This document shows positions 61,303 to 64,000 of a stretch of 64,000 bases of DNA, piece after piece. The position numbers and the translations under genes are program-made. The notes beneath the pieces were generated by a model. The model saw only the letters and a list, made by a program, of their open reading frames with translations, had not been told where the DNA came from and searched no databases. How positions within the stretch are numbered: position 1 is the first letter of the stretch; the number at the start of each line of letters is the position of its first letter. This stretch comes from Promethearchaeota archaeon (GTDB lineage Archaea > Asgardarchaeota > Lokiarchaeia > Sigyniarchaeales > SOKP01), in assembly GCA_048938855.1 (NCBI GenBank), contig JBHLLT010000005.1, positions 1-64,000 of the forward strand, read 5' to 3'.

Positions 61303-64000
61303 CTGAATTTTACTATCTTATTTTTTAGTTCAAGTAGTTTTTCTTTTAAAGATTTTGGAATATCAGATTCTATATTAATTTTATTAATTATGTCTCGTAA
61401 ATCCTCCAATTTTTCTTTGTTATTAATGGGAGCGAATAAACTTGTTTGAACATATTTCTTCTTTTTTGGAATTTTTTCTTTTTCAGCTTTAATATTCAGT
61501 TCTAATTCTTTAATATCTCTCTTTTTTTTCTCGAGATCTTTTTCTGTTCTAGTTAGATCTTCACTGCATTCTTTTAGTAATTGTGTTAAAGATTTCAATT
61601 CCACATTTAACTTTTCAAGTTCAGCTTTTTTTTCATTAATTAATTTATCATAATGCTTACTGGGTGATGTTGTTTCACCATTTTCTCTTACAGTTGTTCT
61701 AAATGGATCTTTTTCTTCTATCTGTTCAAGAATTTCAAATGCTCTAATTATAACATCATCTGGAATTCCAGCTAATTTTGCTACATGAATACCATAAGAT
61801 TTATCTGTACTCCCTTGTTTTAATGTTCGGACAAAATTGATGCTTCCATCTTCATTTTCAATGATATCTAAATGATAGTTCTTAACTCCTTGAAGATTAA
61901 TTTCTGTTAACTGATGATAATGGGTGCTAAATAGAGTTTTAACTCCTAAATCGTGTAGTTTTTCAAGAGTAGCCATCGCAATACTTTGCCCATCACTAGT
62001 GCTAGTTCCTCTCCCTAATTCGTCTATAATTATAAGGCTTCGAGGAGTAGCATAATTGAGAATTTTTGCGGTTTCAGTCATTTCAATCATAAAAGTGCTT
62101 AATTTTCTGGCAAGATCATCTGAAGCGCCTATTCGAGTAAAAATTTGATCAATTATTCCGATTGTGGCCGATTTTGCTGGAACAAAGCAGCCCATTTGGG
62201 TAATAATACATAATAAAGCCACTTGCCTAAGATATGTACTCTTACCTGCCATATTTGGACCAGTAATAATTAACAATTGATCAGTTTCGTTATCTAAATA
62301 ACAGTCATTAGGTATAAACTGTTCATCAAAATTAATCTGCTCGACAACGGGATGTCTACCCGCTTTAATTATAATTTTATTGCCATTATTTATTATTGGT
62401 TTACAATAATTATACTGCTCTGCAATTTCGGCAAAGCATGCTAAAACATCAATGATTGCTATATTATGAGCCGTCTCAAGAATGTTGATAGTTTCCTGTT
62501 CAACCTTCTCTCTAATGATGTTGAAAATTTCATATTCTAAATCGTTGATTTTTTCTTCTGCATTTAGGATTTTCTCTTCAAGTTCTTTCAATTTTTTTGT
62601 TGTATATCTTTTTGCATTTTTTAGTGTTGCTCTTTCAATATATTCTTCAGGAACATTTTTGATATTAGTCAGTGTTTTTAAGGTTATTTCGATATAGTAG
62701 CCGAGAATATTATTATACCTAACTTTTAAGCCAGTTGTTAAATTCCAAATTTTTTTTTGTGCTTGTTCATATTCAAGTATATATTTTTTCCCATTATCAA
62801 TAATATCTCTAAGTTCATCAACTTCGTCATTAAAGCCATTTTTAATGATATTTCCCTCTTTAATAGTAATAGGGGGATTGTCCTTAATGGAGATGCCAAT
62901 TAAATCTTTAACTTCATTAAAAGCTGAAATTTTTTTTAGGAAATCTGAAATTTCAGGGATTTCAGCCTTTTCTAATAATTCCTTAATTTTGGGAATTTCT
63001 TCTAAAGAATTTTTAATGTTTATTAAATCTCGAGCGTTTGTACGACCACTATAATTAATTCTATTAATAAATCTTTCAAGATCCCCGATCACTTTCAATT
63101 TTTCCCTTAAGTCTGATCTTAAAAAAATATCATCTTTAAATTTCTGAACTATATTAAGTCGCTGATTAATTTCATCAATATCAGTCAAAGGTTGTAGAAT
63201 AAATTTTTTTAACAAACGAGCTCCCATTGGAGTATGAGTGTGATTAAAAATAGAGTATAATGTTGAATCTTTTCCTCTCTCCCATAAAGAATTAATTAAT
63301 TCTAAGTTTCTTTGAGTGATATAATCTAGGTGAAGTATATTTTTTTCTTGAATTACACTAACTTTGAAAATATTTGGAATTACATCTCGCTGAGTATCTT
63401 TTAAAAAGGCTAGAAGTCCTCCAGCTGCCTGAACAGCCATTTCTTTCTCTTCTAGACCAAAACTATTTAAATTATTGATTTTAAAGTGGCGAGTAATTAA
63501 CGTATAAGCTTCCTCATATAAAAAAACATGTTCTTCATAAGATTTTATAATTGCATTGGTTAAATCTGTTAAAATTATAAAAAGTCTCTCATCTTTTTTT
63601 AAATCAGGAGGTGCTATTAGCTCAACAGGATCATACTGTGAAAATAAGCTAAGTAATTTTTCTTGTGGATCCTGCTCTTTAAATGAAAACTCTGTAGCAA
63701 TAAATTCACCTGTCGAAATATCAGCAAAAGCAACACCAAAACCATTTCTCTCTTTGACTATGGAAGAAATATAATTGTTTTCATTTGCTTTTAATAAATT
63801 GGGTTCTATTATTGTACCTGGGGAAAGTATACGTGTAACTCCCCGTTTTACGATTCTTCCTTTCACTGTAGCGGGATCTTCAAGTTGATCAACTATTACT
63901 AAAGTTTCACCGAAGTTCATTAAATTATTAAAATAATTATGACCGGCATGGTGTGGGATACCTGCTAGAGGAACATCTCCTCTTTTTGTAAGTGTTATTC
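61299..64000 (-). CDS. mutS: DNA mismatch repair protein MutS (5' end beyond window)
   Basis: TGPNMAGKSTY, DELGRGTS, STHY, SYGIHVAKLAG; frame stays open to the window edge (..ITLTKRGDVPLAGIPHH..). Confidence 0.95.
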   Translation of the reverse strand, partial: ITLTKRGDVPLAGIPHHAGHNYFNNLMNFGETLVIVDQLEDPATVKGRIVKRGVTRILSPGTIIEPNLLKANENNYISSIVKERNGFGVAFADISTGEFIATEFSFKEQDPQEKLLSLFSQYDPVELIAPPDLKKDERLFIILTDLTNAIIKSYEEHVFLYEEAYTLITRHFKINNLNSFGLEEKEMAVQAAGGLLAFLKDTQRDVIPNIFKVSVIQEKNILHLDYITQRNLELINSLWERGKDSTLYSIFNHTHTPMGARLLKKFILQPLTDIDEINQRLNIVQKFKDDIFLRSDLREKLKVIGDLERFINRINYSGRTNARDLINIKNSLEEIPKIKELLEKAEIPEISDFLKKISAFNEVKDLIGISIKDNPPITIKEGNIIKNGFNDEVDELRDIIDNGKKYILEYEQAQKKIWNLTTGLKVRYNNILGYYIEITLKTLTNIKNVPEEYIERATLKNAKRYTTKKLKELEEKILNAEEKINDLEYEIFNIIREKVEQETINILETAHNIAIIDVLACFAEIAEQYNYCKPIINNGNKIIIKAGRHPVVEQINFDEQFIPNDCYLDNETDQLLIITGPNMAGKSTYLRQVALLCIITQMGCFVPAKSATIGIIDQIFTRIGASDDLARKLSTFMIEMTETAKILNYATPRSLIIIDELGRGTSTSDGQSIAMATLEKLHDLGVKTLFSTHYHQLTEINLQGVKNYHLDIIENEDGSINFVRTLKQGSTDKSYGIHVAKLAGIPDDVIIRAFEILEQIEEKDPFRTTVRENGETTSPSKHYDKLINEKKAELEKLNVELKSLTQLLKECSEDLTRTEKDLEKKKRDIKELELNIKAEKEKIPKKKKYVQTSLFAPINNKEKLEDLRDIINKINIESDIPKSLKEKLLELKNKIVKFS

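Noticed and set aside
6174-63774. Numerous short antisense or overlapping ORFs in the track (e.g. 6174, 8412, 8862, 12087, 15666, 16266, 23424, 40878, 42850, 49718, 56408, 58484, 62482)
   Set aside because: They are shadows of well-supported genes on the opposite strand or frame, with no motifs.
63918-63920. ATG at 63920 as MutS start
   Set aside because: The frame remains open and MutS-like (PLAGIP) to the window edge, so the gene is truncated by the window.
58303-64000. Link between GATC clusters and Dam/MutH-directed mismatch repair
   Set aside because: MutL has its own DQHA endonuclease motif and no mutH or dam is in the window, so there is no support.

Overview
AT-rich chromosomal window, most likely from an Asgard archaeon (Lokiarchaeia-like). 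The assignment rests on a near-eukaryotic actin ending ..IHRCF, three Rab-like small GTPases, a roadblock protein, an SDS22-type LRR protein and archaeal core genes (rpoK, EF-1beta, Hef, an intron-containing tRNA). Housekeeping content: tRNA-Lys(CTT), tRNA-Val(CAC) with a non-canonical intron, purB/purM, tldD/tldE, lpdA, mutL/mutS, and a 12-gene, ~13.9 kb Hdr-MvhD-Flx-like operon with two FrhB-type genes. No CRISPR array, transposase, integrase or rRNA was seen. The most unusual unexplained structure is at 40.4-49.3 kb. Two similar modules occur there (GATC-dense upstream region, then an ~89-aa orphan ORF, then a 45-bp element 44/45 identical between copies). The two elements are inverted relative to each other and bracket a putative lipid-handling locus (SCP2 x2, FixC/GGR-like reductase, ferredoxins, GDPD, TrmB regulator with a twice-repeated candidate operator). 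Other notable items are a decayed duplicate of the actin 3' end plus terminator 1.8 kb downstream, a missed ATT-start membrane-anchored winged-helix gene, and Rab-like GTPases with C-terminal zinc ribbons and altered G3/G4 motifs. All protein calls are by motif recognition only; no searches were run.
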